Of a DNA stretch of 64,000 bases, positions 1-12,700 are shown one piece after another. Every line of letters begins with the position of its first letter. Position 1 is the first letter of the stretch. The DNA is from Bugula neritina. Its lineage: Eukaryota; Animalia; Bryozoa. The DNA is taken from positions 1,604,384 through 1,668,383 of the forward strand of contig OZ037768.1 in NCBI GenBank assembly GCA_964035545.1. Reading direction: 5' to 3'. Below the pieces are notes generated by a model. It was not told where the DNA came from. It saw only the letters and a program-made list of their open reading frames with translations, and ran no database searches. The position numbers and the translations under genes were made by a program.

Positions 1-133
1 ACTTTATTATAATATATCGAATATACAGTATATAATATTGAGAGTTAGGATAGAGAAATACTGAGATTAGGGTTAGAAAAGTATTGCATATTATAACATG
101 CTAGATGTAGTATGTAGTCTCGCACACTGACTG

Positions 134-1614
134 TCATTTCTGAGTTGAGAGTGTAATCTGTAGTGTACTGATGTAGAGTTTGTCAGGGGGAGGGGTGTAG
201 ACAATAGGAATGCCATAAATAGGGGTGTATCCATACGTTTCAGCTAACGCTTCCTGTAACGCCAAAGTCATCGACAGTTTTCGAACCTTGAATAACAAAA
301 TTCAACACCATAAAATTCTCAATGGCAGCCATCATTCATATTATATTTTCTAGTCATCTATATTTATATAACATCTATAGCAACATGATTGCCAATATAA
401 TATATTTATATGCGTGTGTATCTATTGTATAAACTTCCTATACACATATCTATATTTATCTATACACTTATAACATATTTATATCTACCTGTACATATCT
501 GTATGTTTACATCTATTTATATTATGCCTGTATCTTCATTATTATAAAATGAGGATTTTGGAGCTGAAGTTTTAAAGATAGAAAATATGAAGTATTAAAA
601 AGTGTGTATAAATAACTAGAATATATAGTTCTACAATGACCGTAATAAGGAGAGTCAGCAGAGTCAAATAGGCCAGTTGCAAATGGCCGACACATAATAT
701 TGCAAATGGCTGACGCGTAACGTTACAATTGACTGATATATAAAGATTAAACAGCACATAATTTTAAAACCACAACTAACATATTATAAAAGAAGAAGGC
801 TTTCCTTTCTTTATAGAAGGATTTTAGTAACTTGTGTTTAATAATTTGTATAAATCTGTCCTGATACAGTTTTAACTCTATATTACCCTCAGATCTGCTC
901 AGCATTTATGAGGTGGAAGGCCGAAGTTTTAATAACAATATGTCAAATTAAAAGTAGGCATCTCATGGACTTACATCATTTACACCTTGGAGTAAAGTCA
1001 AATTATAGTAAGTTTAGCAGCTTAAAATAATGTTCTGTTTTCACACTGATCTGAGGTTTAGAAATTGGCAGGATTTACCCCTATGCCAAATCTTGAGACA
1101 CAACTTAGTTATAAGAAATAAGGCTAAACTGCCAAATTTTCATATAATAGAGCAAGTTGAAAATCATGACACACATACAACAACTTTTATGATTAGTATT
1201 TAGTATTTGCTAGCGTCACAGTGTTTTATATTTTGTTGCCTACATGCGACCTATATATATTCATTATTTAGTCCAAACCGTTTTGCTGCTAATTTAACAC
1301 CAACAAGCTCTCAACACCTCGAAGAACGACCATAATATGCTGTGCTGCTGATACATATGGTAGATATAAGTTAATTTAGTAAATACCTCTTTGTTAGTGC
1401 TATATTTCCTGGATCTGTTGATATTAGCATCGGTCCTGCCATGTAAGGTGGAAACTGGGTTATTTTGAGCTGCAGAATACCTTCTAGTAAATTGATTATT
1501 GCTAGTCAGTTCACTTGAGGGATTGGACATGAACGGCACCGGCTCGCTTCGTCTTCTTGCTCCAGAATATGGTAATGGAGCATCAACTGAATACCTCCTT
1601 GAGTGCTTCTCCAT
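134..1614 (-). CDS. Unknown ~126-aa protein with five R-[RK]-x-S motifs; 2 predicted coding exons (1614-1387, 286-134)
   Basis: ORF MEKHSRRYSV...STNKE ends at a GAG|GTATTT donor. A phase-0 acceptor ttcaag|GTT at 286 continues VRKLSMTLALQEALAETYGYTPIYGIP...TQK*. An acceptor-like ctgtgttag lies just upstream of the ATG. No family recognised. Confidence 0.5.
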
Positions 1615-2184
1615 GAAGAGCTGATGCTGCTACTAGATGCTGCCAGCTCTAACACAGTCTCGTAGTAAAATGATTTAATATTATGTCATACTATAGCCTT
1701 CGGTTCTTCACTGATAAGCATTTATGATACATTTTAATTGATTTATTACATAACATGTGTCAAATATCATACAACCTTTTATCAAGAGACAAATAGAAAC
1801 CTTTATGTAAATGTTAACAAGTATGTACAAACTTTTCTATCAGCATATAAAGTAGAGCTATTATATCATAGTAATAGCCTATGGCTAGTCATAAAACAGA
1901 ATACTAGTTGAGATAACAGTCTGTAAACACATTACTAGGCTGGTCAATGACTCCTTCCCACTGACTTTAGACTCCAGAGAACAAAGATATAACTAACTTT
2001 ATAACTTAGTGTCTCCATCTTCAGTCATTTTATAGTCCATTGAAAAACGTATAAAAATCTCAACAAATATATAAAGAATATGCTTAAAGAAGCAGGAACA
2101 AGACATCTACACAATAATGCACCTTTACTATTATATACATATATGACAAGTTAATGGAGACATCATGTGACTGGACGAGAGCCA

Positions 2185-5116
2185 TCAGCTGACGAGATGT
2201 CTATAATCCACTTTCTCCAGCGTCACCAGACTATAAGTTGGTTAAGGGGACAACTTCTACTCTGTCTTTATACAATTCTCATATTGCACAGCTATATATC
2301 AGTATATTATACAGCTATATATCAGTATATTGCACAGCTATATATCAGCATATTATACAGTTATATATCAGTATATTATACAGTTATATATCAGTATATT
2401 ATACAGTTATATAGTAATATATTACATATGTCATACTATAGCAGTATATTACAGAGTTACATCACATTATAGCAATATATTACTAAGAGTTGCCGAAACA
2501 TGTAATGTAACTGTTTTAATTCAATCAACATTTTATCTGCAATTCACAATGAATATTTTTCATTTATATCAAACTCGGAGCTTTTCTGAAATAAGTTTTG
2601 CTAAGCAATTGAAAGTAACGTCAACTTTAACGTAACCATGACTTGACATTGTCACATGTCACATTGTAATCTATAAAGATCTTAGCCAAAGGGCAAGTGT
2701 TAGTATAATTGACTGTAACGTGAGAAGACTGCAACCTGGTTGTAGTGATAATACAGGCTACAAGTCTAACAAGCTACTACAATGTGAAGATGAGTAGTTT
2801 GAAAACCTCGTAGGTTGTGGGATATTCTGCTGAGATGGGTGTGATGCCGATTATAAAGCAGTGGAGTGCTCAGAGTTCTACTCAATGCAGTGCTTACAGC
2901 AAATAAATGTAGTCTAAGCCTTCACTTCTTAGTACTTTTGAAATAATAGTAGTATTCAAATACTAACAGAAAAGAAAAAGACACAAAATTGTAATGTAAA
3001 ATAAAAACACTTTCTATGCGTAGAGGTCATTTGAAAAGGATACGGCTTCAGTTGCTCTGCAAAGTTCTTGATGTCTTGTTCAACATTCTCCTATAAAGTA
3101 TAGAAACATAGACAAGTAAATATAAGAGATCAAAGTGTTACCTCAACATGCTTCACACCTGTGCATCTTCTGACTTAGTAATTCTAACCAACATAGTATT
3201 TTATACACTACAGAAATATTATACTCTGCGTGTGAAGACAAAATTGTCCAAAAAGCTACTAGTTAACCTTACATAATGCATGCATAGAGCACTTGCCTAT
3301 CTTATAAAATTTACTTTGTCTGTTACACACTTTTTATACACTTATACCATTCACTATAACCAGTTAATATAAAGTTTCATACACCACTGAGCTCTACACC
3401 ACAATACTTACAGAAGACACTGAGTTCTACACCACAATACTTATAGAAGACACTGAGCTCTACACCACAATACTTACAGAACACACTGAGCTCTACACCA
3501 CAATGCTTACATAAGACACTGAGCTCTACACCACGATAGTTGCAGACGACACTGAGCTCTACACCACAATACTTACAGCTACAGAAGTCAGAACACTGAG
3601 CTCTACAAGATGAGAAGCCGACACTTGCTCCAGGTTATTGTCTTGAGTATTGCCAGGTTGTATCAACTTGAATATAGTAGATATGGTGACCTTCATTTTA
3701 CCTCTTTTGTACAGGAAACCCCGGGCCACAAACTCGTAGTCAAATCTAACAAGTAGAAGTAAAAGATACTGGCATATATGAACAATGAATAAAAATGAGT
3801 GAGATGTAAGAACACCTGAGCAATGACAAAGGAATGACGATATGGAATTTGTTAAATGCAAGTTTTAAATTAAAAGGGGAAAAGTCTAAAAAGCACATCT
3901 AGCATCGCAAGGATTTGTGTAACTCAGTTATCATGAAATTATGAATATTCATACTCAATAGAGAAATCAATAAGTATCAATGAAGTACCATTCACAGGTT
4001 ACTACACTTCCTTTACAATCAATACACTAAGCACTTTAAGTGAACATTAATTCAAAATTAGAGACAAAACTATAACTTAATGCGCTTCTATCAACTATAA
4101 TACTGATAAATCAAAGGTTAACATTACCAGCATGATTATGAAAAGTTTGTGTACAAAACTGCAAAATATATGACTTGTATTTTCTCACATCAACTGCAGC
4201 AAACACGCTGAAGCCCATGTAATACCAAAGGTAAATATTAGGCAGATGTTAGAAACAAACCGGAAGCCCATATCTGCCAGAAACTTGGTGATATTATCAG
4301 AGACGGCGGCTTCTATGTAAGATCTGACGGGGATGTCTGGGGTCTTGTTCATGTCATTACCTACGTACCTGACGTGCCTGCAACATAGTTTAGTATTTTA
4401 CTTACCCACACATAATACCCACACATAATATCCACACATTGTACCCACATATAATACCCACACATTGTACCCACGCATTGTAAATAACATAAACATGAAA
4501 ATGATAACAAAATGTCAATCTGACATATAATTATACAATGAGAACTTGACACACACAATAAGAGCTCGTACCATGGCCTGTCATTATGGTGCAAGGCATG
4601 ACGGACATTTAGCTTGAATGACTGGTCCACACCACCTAAAACATTATCAATATATTTAAAGCCGAAACATAATGATGGAGACGTTATTCATGTCATGTTT
4701 TATTAAAATTAATGCAAGCAAGCATTTTCACTTTTTTGAATTATAATTGTGTTGATATAAGATACCAACACAATTAGTGACATGTAATGGAGTACATACA
4801 CTATAAGATATCAACATAATCAGTGACGTGTAATGGAGTACATATGTATTAGTGACGTGTAATGGAGCACATACGTACTAGTGACGTGTAATGGAGTACA
4901 TACGTACTAGTGACGTGTAATGGAGTACATACGTAAAGTGTAAACCATTTCGTGGTCATCAAATTGTTCAGAGCCGGTCTCTGAGTTGTCACAGAGCCCT
5001 TGTAATCGATGCTTTAGCGCTTCTCGGTGCTGATTGAGAACGCTACCTTGTAGAAGCCATTCATGTGATGGAATGAGCTGATTATTGGCAGCTGTCTTCC
5101 AGAAGTCTTGCATCAT
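2185..5116 (-). CDS. MED18: Mediator of RNA polymerase II transcription subunit 18; exons 5116-4933, 4635-4572, 4377-4261, 3745-3577, 3090-3044, 2230-2185
   Basis: Spliced product contains EWLLQGSVL..HRLQGLCDN, FDDHEMVY, PWHVRYVG, FLADMGFRFDYEFVARG, SHLVELSV and DIKNFAEQLKPLVTLEKVDY, matching MED18 throughout. All introns are GT-AG and phases are consistent. Confidence 0.96.
2231..3043 (-). other. U12-type (minor spliceosome) GT-AG intron, last intron of MED18
   Basis: The 5' splice site reads GTATCCTTTT. The branch site TCCCCTTAAC lies 10 nt before the 3' end (CAACTTATAG) and there is no polypyrimidine tract. Confidence 0.92.
2283..2420. repeat. ~22-24-bp AT-rich minisatellite (tatacagttatatatcagtatat) near the 3' end of the MED18 last intron
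   Basis: About 6 degenerate copies; source of spurious Y/I/Q/S ORFs. Confidence 0.85.
3385..3606. repeat. 33-bp minisatellite duplicating the MED18 exon 4 / intron 4 donor junction
   Basis: Unit cactgagctctacaccacaatacttacagaaga, ~6.5 copies. On the minus strand most units carry T|GTAAGT plus exonic gtagagctcagtg. Confidence 0.92.
4775..4935. repeat. ~28-29-bp minisatellite containing the MED18 exon 1 donor
   Basis: Unit tagtgacgtgtaatggagtacatacgtac, ~5 copies; minus strand carries AC|GTATGT. Confidence 0.9.
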
Positions 5117-5719
5117 ATCTGAATTTCTGGAGAATATAAACCGCTGGCTAAAACAACCAACACTAGCTAAAAGTCCTGTTGACTTGAGCGTCTACTCTCT
5201 TGACTAGTTTGAATTGAGTTGATGTTTAACCAGTGACTTGAAAACTGTATGTCAAACTCAATGTGAATGTGTAACTGTATTTGAAATTTAACTTTAGTCT
5301 TCAAGTTCAAGTTTTAAGTTTAGGCATCAAAATCTGAAAATCAATTAATTATTTCAACAGTAAAAGAAAGTATAACTAATTCATTGTTGGTGATAAACTG
5401 CACGTTATTGATATTGTATAAAAACTAAAATCAAAACTCATAAATCATTAAACAAGATAATATTAACATTGAATTTAATGGTGAAAAGCACAAGTTTACT
5501 TTTTGTAATTGTTTCAAACTTTTAGTTAGACTTAGTTCTAACCTCCGATAATCATGCGTTGTCGGTATGTATTAGCTCATAATATTAACTTATCGTAGAA
5601 TAAAAACTATTCTAGTGAGGACAGCAATTTGCTTATAAGTCCACCAAAACACATTGTCATTCGATTGAACTATCGAATGGTTCCACTTATATTTCTTTAA
5701 AGTAAATGAATGAACTTCC

Positions 5720-6336
5720 TAACCTGTGAACAAGTATTCAAATCGAAGTCACAGTGAACATTTGTAAAATAACGTATAGTTATATACAATTGTATTTTAA
5801 ATAAACTAAAATTGAGTATTTATTTTAGTTTAAGTTGTTAAAATTGTTAACTGAATCAGTAATGAAATGATCAATCGCAATGATTATCATTACTAATACT
5901 AATAGTAATAGTAATACTAATACTAATAGTCAATAAAATTGAAATAAAAATTAAAATATACTTGCACTTGCTAAGCCTAAGGTTAAGTAAAACTAAAACT
6001 AAATGTAATAGTAATACTTATACTAATACTATTACTGTAATACTAATAGTAATAGAGCTTTAAGGTTATTTAAGTTACTTATACTTATACTTATAGTAAT
6101 AGTTTAGTAATACTAATACTAATAGTCTATTAGTATTAGTATTATGATTAATCTTAATCTATTAGTCTAATAGATTAAGATTAACCATAATACTAAAAGT
6201 AATAAACTATTAGTATTACTAAACTATTACCATAAGTAACTTGCTGTGCAATGGTATTAATGGATAATATTTTATTAAGGGAACCACATATTTTTTTGCA
6301 GCCAACACATTTAAAGTAAATAAAAAACCCGACAAA
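5720..6336. promoter_or_regulatory. Probable bidirectional promoter region between MED18 (-) and SKA2 (+)
   Basis: Head-to-head genes. A minus-strand donor-like CAG|GTTAGG near 5722 suggests a MED18 5'UTR exon. SKA2 ATG lies at 6337 in AAAATGGCC context. Confidence 0.55.
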
Positions 6337-8545
6337 ATGGCCGTGAGTGATTTGGATAGTCAAAGTATGGTAAAAGCTGTGGTGGATCTTGAAGGCATGG
6401 TAAGATTATCCAACCAGTTTTCTAGTTTACTTATGTTATTGCCAAGGTAACCCTGATTTTGTTCATCTCTCAACAGTCCATCTATCAACAGTTCATCTCT
6501 CAACAGTTTATTTCTCAACAATTCATCTCTCAACAGTTCATCTCTCAACAGTTTATTTCTCAACAGCTCAACTGTGACCTGTTCTCAACTTCTCACTAAG
6601 TAAATTATGTTGATAACTATTTCTCTAATCATCATTAATTGTCCATTAATTTGTAGTTTGTATCCACCGATAAGAATCTATCAGGCCTGGAGAAGAAAAT
6701 AGATATTCAGTATTCACACATATTCAATGATGATGACTCTATAAAAGATAACCTGGTAATTTCAAACTAGTACATTTCTTTTGAAATATTCACTTGTAAA
6801 ACTAAAAACCTAATGATGTGTTATATATGTTGGAGTTATTTTCTTTTGTTCAAGTTTTTGAAGGCAATACAACTTCTAATGTGGTGTATGAGGATTTTCC
6901 CTTTGAGTTATAGTAATACTATATTACTTGATCATACAAAGAAATGTTCTGTAGTGATGTAGCATTATGCTGTAATGTAATTTATTTCAGAGAAATCCAG
7001 TGAAAGTGTTCAAGAGATTAAATGAAGTTAAGGAGGAATTTAGTAAAATTAAAGAAGACGTCTTGGAAATACAAAAGATGCAAGCAGAGGCTTTGAATAA
7101 TGTGAAAGTAGAACTCGAAAAGATGGTGACATCTTTATCAGCGTTAGACAATAAAGTATTACACAGTGAGGTGTGTACAGTTGCGTAGTATTACACAGTG
7201 AGGTGTGTACAGTTGTGTAGTATTATATAGTGAGGTGTGTACAGTTGTGTAGTGTTACACAGTGAGGTGTGTACAGTTGTGTTGTATTACACAGTGAGGT
7301 GTGTACAGTTGTGTAGTATTACACAGTGAGGTGTGTACAGTTGCGTAGTATTACACAGTGAGGTGTGTACAGTTGTGTAGTATTACACAGTGAGGTGTGT
7401 ATAGTTGTGTAGTATTACACAGTGAGGTGTGTACAGTTGTGTAGTATTACACAGTGAGGTGTGTACAGTTGTGTAGTGTTACACAGTGAGGTGTGTACAA
7501 TTGTGTTGTATTACACAGTGAGGTGTGTACAGTTGTGTTGTGTTACACAGTGAGGTGTGTACAGTTGTGTAGTATTACACAGTGAGGTGTGTACAGTTGT
7601 GTAGTATTACACAGTGAGGTGCTACATGCATATGTGCAGTATGTTTATAGTCACCTCAAGGTAATGTCTCTGTTTTACTTCATTTATAAATAGTTATGTA
7701 AATTACACCGCTGCTCCCGAAGGAGCGCTGCCTATAGTCAGCTGAGTGTTTGATTGACATATAAGTAAACACTGCTAACTATTTCTACACACTGCCCTGG
7801 TGTGGCTATATTTAGTACAAAAGTGGAATATGTTGGCTTTCTCCTCCATGCCAAGTTGAGGATGTAGTGCTATGTGTAGTGTTGAATTACATTTAATTCT
7901 GTAGTTATATTAACTTTGTATGTTATACAACGTAAAACAATATTATGTTATAAGAATATTAAATTGTTTGATATATATATTTATTTTAAATTCCACCATC
8001 TATGTCTATTATTGTATTAATTCTCCTGTTTAATATCTATGCATGTAATATATTGTATACGTGTAGTATATTGTATACGTGTAATATATTGTATACGTGT
8101 AGTAAATTGTATACGTGTAATATATTGTATGCATGTAGTATATTGTATACGTGTAATATATTGTATACGTGTAATATATTGTATACATGTAGTAAATTGT
8201 ATACGTGTAATATATTGTATACGTGTAATATATTGTATATGTGTAATATATTGTATACATGTAATATATTGTATACATGTAATATATTGTATACGTGTAA
8301 TATATTGTATACGTGTAATATATTGTATACGTGTAATATATTGTATACGTGTAATATATTGTATACGTGTAATATATTCTATGCATGTTGTGTCGTAGGA
8401 CTCAGTTAGCACTGAAGAAACTCATTTGTTGAAGTTATTAGATTTTATGGCTGCCAAAACAAGTAATCAAGCAGAGTTATCTGCTCATGGTGATGCCTCA
8501 ACCTCTACAAACTCTACCCAAGACACACCAACCTCTACAAACTGA
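6337..8545 (+). CDS. SKA2: Spindle and kinetochore-associated protein 2-like; exons 6337-6399, 6657-6755, 6991-7170, 8399-8545
   Basis: Spliced product MAVSDLDSQSMVKAVVDLEGM|FVSTDKNLSGLEKKID...DNL|RNPVKVFKRLNEVKEEF... resembles the SKA2 pattern (LExMF..A..DL / NPV.L...L..IK). Small coiled-coil protein; all introns are phase-0 GT-AG. Confidence 0.75.
6460..6570. repeat. 15-bp tandem repeat (catctctcaacagtt) in SKA2 intron 1
   Basis: About 7 copies; gives the spurious LLRDE ORF on the minus strand. Confidence 0.9.
7156..7621. repeat. 32-bp minisatellite duplicating the SKA2 exon 3 donor junction
   Basis: Unit gtattacacagtgag|gtgtgtacagttgtgta, ~14.5 near-identical copies. The first 15 nt of the unit are the exon end. 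Confidence 0.96.
8035..8388. repeat. 18-bp minisatellite (tatattgtatacgtgtaa) ending ~10 nt before the SKA2 exon 4 acceptor
   Basis: About 19 copies; source of four spurious repetitive ORFs. Confidence 0.95.
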
Positions 8546-9790
8546 CTCAGACTCGGACAGTGTAAACAGTGCATATTAGTCATGTAAATAGTGCCTGCAG
8601 GGATGTTGGTGTTTTCCGATACCTGTATTATACTGCTCTTGTGGCAGGTTTAATGTCTTACAGCACTGTTCATCCAGCAATATGTAAAAAGAATATTTTA
8701 TATTCGTCTAGTAATTTGAAGCTTTTTATTCCTTTAGTAATATAAAGGAGAATCTTTCACTATAAAAGATAGGCGTGTTTTCTTATGGAGGAATTATTTA
8801 TCCTCTATTTTGCAATTCGCTAAGTGAATGAGTACTGTACTTGTTTAAACTTCTCCACCTAAATTTACTTATTTTTATAATTTATATTGTGCAATTTTTT
8901 CAAATAAACACACTGTCCTGCCAAAATAAACTTCAATGCTTTTCTACGTCACTTTGGACAAAGCTACCCCTCTTTCCCCGCAGTAAGAGTTGAGCTCTGT
9001 CCAACATGTCTCCTTTCACGTGGCTGAATTTTATTCCAAGAAAGATTTGTGCACTGAAATGTAACTCCCCAGTGATATTTGTTTATATAATGTATATCTA
9101 TAAGTTTAGCCTGATTTCCTATTACTAAGTTCTCATTATTGGTAAGGGTGTATGCTGATCTTTCCCATCCTACACATTCAACTATCAATAATATATAGCA
9201 GGTTATCTAAACAATTGCATATAGTATAAATAGTAGCATGCTATATTTGCTACTGTTCATGCATGCCCGTTTGACCCCTCATTTTTCTAGAGCGTTTATA
9301 AATGGTTTATGGCAAAACAGACATTTCATACCTCTTTGGGGTCCAAAAGTTGAGTTATTTGTTAATCATAATGTTGAAATATGATTGCAAATGTTTAAAT
9401 ATAGTGCATTGTTTTGTTCCACATACTGTTTTTTATGAAATCATAATAAGTTTGATACGTAAAGCAACTGTTCAGCTAATCTAAACAAGATAGTCATTTG
9501 GATGTATACAAGTATTCTAACAATCAGCACTAATAAAAGATAACATCTATTCCACAGAAATAAAACTATCAACTTCTACCTACATCTATGGTACTGTATG
9601 CCTATCACTAAACTTTCAATTTCACAATGTTTATACAGCTACAAATTTTAGTATACAAAGAAAGTGGACCGTATTTTGCTTCAATCTCCTTATAATATTT
9701 CCCAACTATAAGTTATATTTTTATGATATTAAGTCTTGAAATACTTTTAGGTAACTGTGACAAAATAGTGCCTTCAATTTTTCCTAGAAA

Positions 9791-12700
9791 CTATTTATGT
9801 TTTAAAGTTGGGGAAGAGAAACTCTGTTTACTGGGAGGTATATTTTCTCCAGTGTCTGTGGTAATTTCTATGAGAGGTAAAATATTGGAATTGGCTAATT
9901 TGCTTTTCTTCTCAGCTTTAGAGAGTTGCCCTTCCGGTGCAGTAGCTGAGGGAGATAATGTTTTTAAGGTCGAAGTCTCGGAACTGCCTAGTAGCCTTGG
10001 TATTGCTGGGGTACTGACGCACATTACTATACTATCTATGGCCAAACGCTCTTTTGCCGAAGGTTTGCTGTGCATAAGGTCCTTGATCTTCTGCAGCGGA
10101 CTCGTACAGCTGTTGGATTTCAAGTTACTCACGTCAGAAGCACTCTTGGTAATGTTCTTGTCGATATTGCGAATTGTTCGTGCAGACTTTGGAAATGATT
10201 TACACTTTTTTAGTGTCTTAATACAACTTTGACTGCCACACAGCTTTGCCCACTGCAAGGCGTTCATGTTTCTGGTGTAGTCGGTGAGCTCGGTGTTGGC
10301 ATCTGAAACAAATACAAGCAGCATGTTATGACTCATCAAGCAGCGTGTTATGACTCATCAGGCAGCATGTTATGATTCCAATATATATTATTTGCAGAAA
10401 ATTTTAAATCATCTATTTGTTTTCATCACATGAAATAGGAAAATAATGCTAACTAATAGAAAGTTCATTGACACCACTAATAATTCAATAACAATTAATC
10501 ATACACACAGAGTTCCTCTCCATTAGCATACTGCATAAACTTATTACTGTCAACTTGATTTATTGAAAAGTAATAAACACAGTACTGCAGATTAAATGCA
10601 AACTACTTAAGATGAGGCTAAAAGTATGTCTGGGCCAACCCTGTCAAATCTCTACCTTTAAGCAACAGATTAAACTGAATATGCTACGTCGCAACCTTCT
10701 AGTACACATTGACTTTGATTGTGCCAACAGCTAAGTGTTGCAAGCTCAAATTCTTGCAGAACAATCTGCTTTAGTTTCCCTAATTAGTGAAATCATAAAA
10801 ATACTCATCACTTTACTGTCTCAGTGTTCCCCTTACCCTTCAGGAGACATATTGCTGTGTCATGTGACATATTGCTGTGTCATGTGACATATTGCTGTGT
10901 CATGTGACATGTTTCTGTGTCATGTGACATGTTGCTGTGTCATGTGAAATATTGCTAATACACAGGTATACAGTCTACAGGTATACAGTATACAGGTACA
11001 CAGTCTACAGGTATACAGTCTACAGGTATACATGTAAGACCTGAATGATTAGCACCAGGGAGTGACATGTTTTCAGCCAAATGTAATTGGAAAATACTCA
11101 TTAGTATTCCGTATGACCTATTGAGTACGTTACAGCAATAAACAGCATGCTGGGTAACAATTGCTAGAAACTACAGTGCAATCATTAGAGAGTCAATTTG
11201 TGAGCATGAAGTTGTGTGCACTTGTACAGATTAACTACAATATGTCAAACTAGCCTAACCAACGAGTATTAGAGATATTTAAAATGTACGTAACAAACGT
11301 CACATACATAAACAGAAGCTCCAACATATTTTTCACTATGAGCGCGATTATAGTGAATGTGTCATGATTTAAGTTAGTATTTGTATGCCCTTGATATTAG
11401 GAAAACCAAACCTGCACAATATGCCCAACACAATAATGTGCTACTGAGCATTGAACTATAAGGAAGTTTTAGCTCATTGCACATTACATACTGATGATTA
11501 AAGGAATTCAGTGGAAATGCTGGTTTTACAACTTTTGAATATTACAGCTTGTACATGTATAATATATTATTGTAATATTTCATAGAATAAAGACTTGCTA
11601 AAACTAAGCTGGTGATGAAAAGCTTTTGATTAAGCTGCAGACTGTGTCTCTCACCATATGCTGGACACATGGTTTGGGGGGCTTTAAAGTAGCACAACAT
11701 AAATGACCTTGCTATGGTTAGAACCCATGACCTAGGAAAAAGTGTGTGTTATACAACGCCAATTCTCTAACCCCTAGACTGAATGCTCTCTGCTATAATA
11801 GTATAATATATCGTAAAATACTAGATAACATTCTATTACAGAAAACACAATTGACTATTTGATTTAATAAGATCACTACCAGAATGAGCATTAACAATTT
11901 TTTATCAATTTCCACAAAAGTGGGACATACTTAGTATGTTATGTTAGACAGAGTCATCATTTCTCCTTAAGCAGCTTCTGAAGTACAAATAACATTATAT
12001 AACAGTGTTAACTTCCCAGACATGATGGTAACCTTAATTTATATTTATATTACAGCAGGCTTACAGAAACCTTATAACCTAAGACTAATTTATGCAGATA
12101 TACTAGTCGGTATATTTTCACACAAAAACAGACAACAAACTAGTGTGCAAATATAAGTTTTAATTAATCATAACATTTGTCAGGTGACAGTGTGAAGATC
12201 AGCTGAACAATGAAAGCTGCGAGTAGTTTACTAGCCTGTGTGCTTTAAATAAAGCTTCAGCGGCTGAAAACTAACTTGCAGTTTACGTAACTTAACAGGT
12301 CCTAGTGCTAACTTTACAGACTTAAATTCAATAGAAAGTAATTGATTGACTTTGTTTACATTGTGTAAGTCAACTCCCATCCTCCCTGATCTAATTTATC
12401 TGATCCGATTACAAAAGCCAACAGTAGACCAGGTCAACTAACTCAGCTCCTAGCTGTCACATGACCACATGGAAATGGTGCCAACTATATACAATGGTAA
12501 CACGGCCTCTCCAGTAAAGTTGTACAAAGCAAACCAGCTTGTACCAATTCTTATAGCAGATGTCTCTGGACTGAGTTAACCTGTAGTTCTTATCACCCTT
12601 TTCATCTCAAATTGAGGGTGTAATGTAGGGTGTCCCACACTGAGACTGCATAAAATCATCAACTGAAATTCAATTTCCACCCATCTCCAACAATTTTGTT

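Noticed and set aside
42-76. Telomere-like TTAGG(G) words
   Set aside because: Only 2-3 scattered copies, not an array.
7156-7621. CRISPR-like regular 32-bp repeats (also 44229-44458 and 48100-48857)
   Set aside because: Head-to-tail units without unique spacers, no cas genes, and a eukaryotic intronic context.
7708-7740. GC hairpin gctcc-cgaa-ggagc as a Helitron 3' end or terminator
   Set aside because: Only a 5-bp stem, no CTRR terminus at the expected distance, and rho-independent terminators are irrelevant here.
8002-8412. Four overlapping 118-135 aa ORFs
   Set aside because: Translations of an 18-bp stop-free minisatellite inside SKA2 intron 3.
9723-10232. 169-aa plus-strand ORF
   Set aside because: Antisense shadow of the last ankyrin-gene exon; no motif or splice support.
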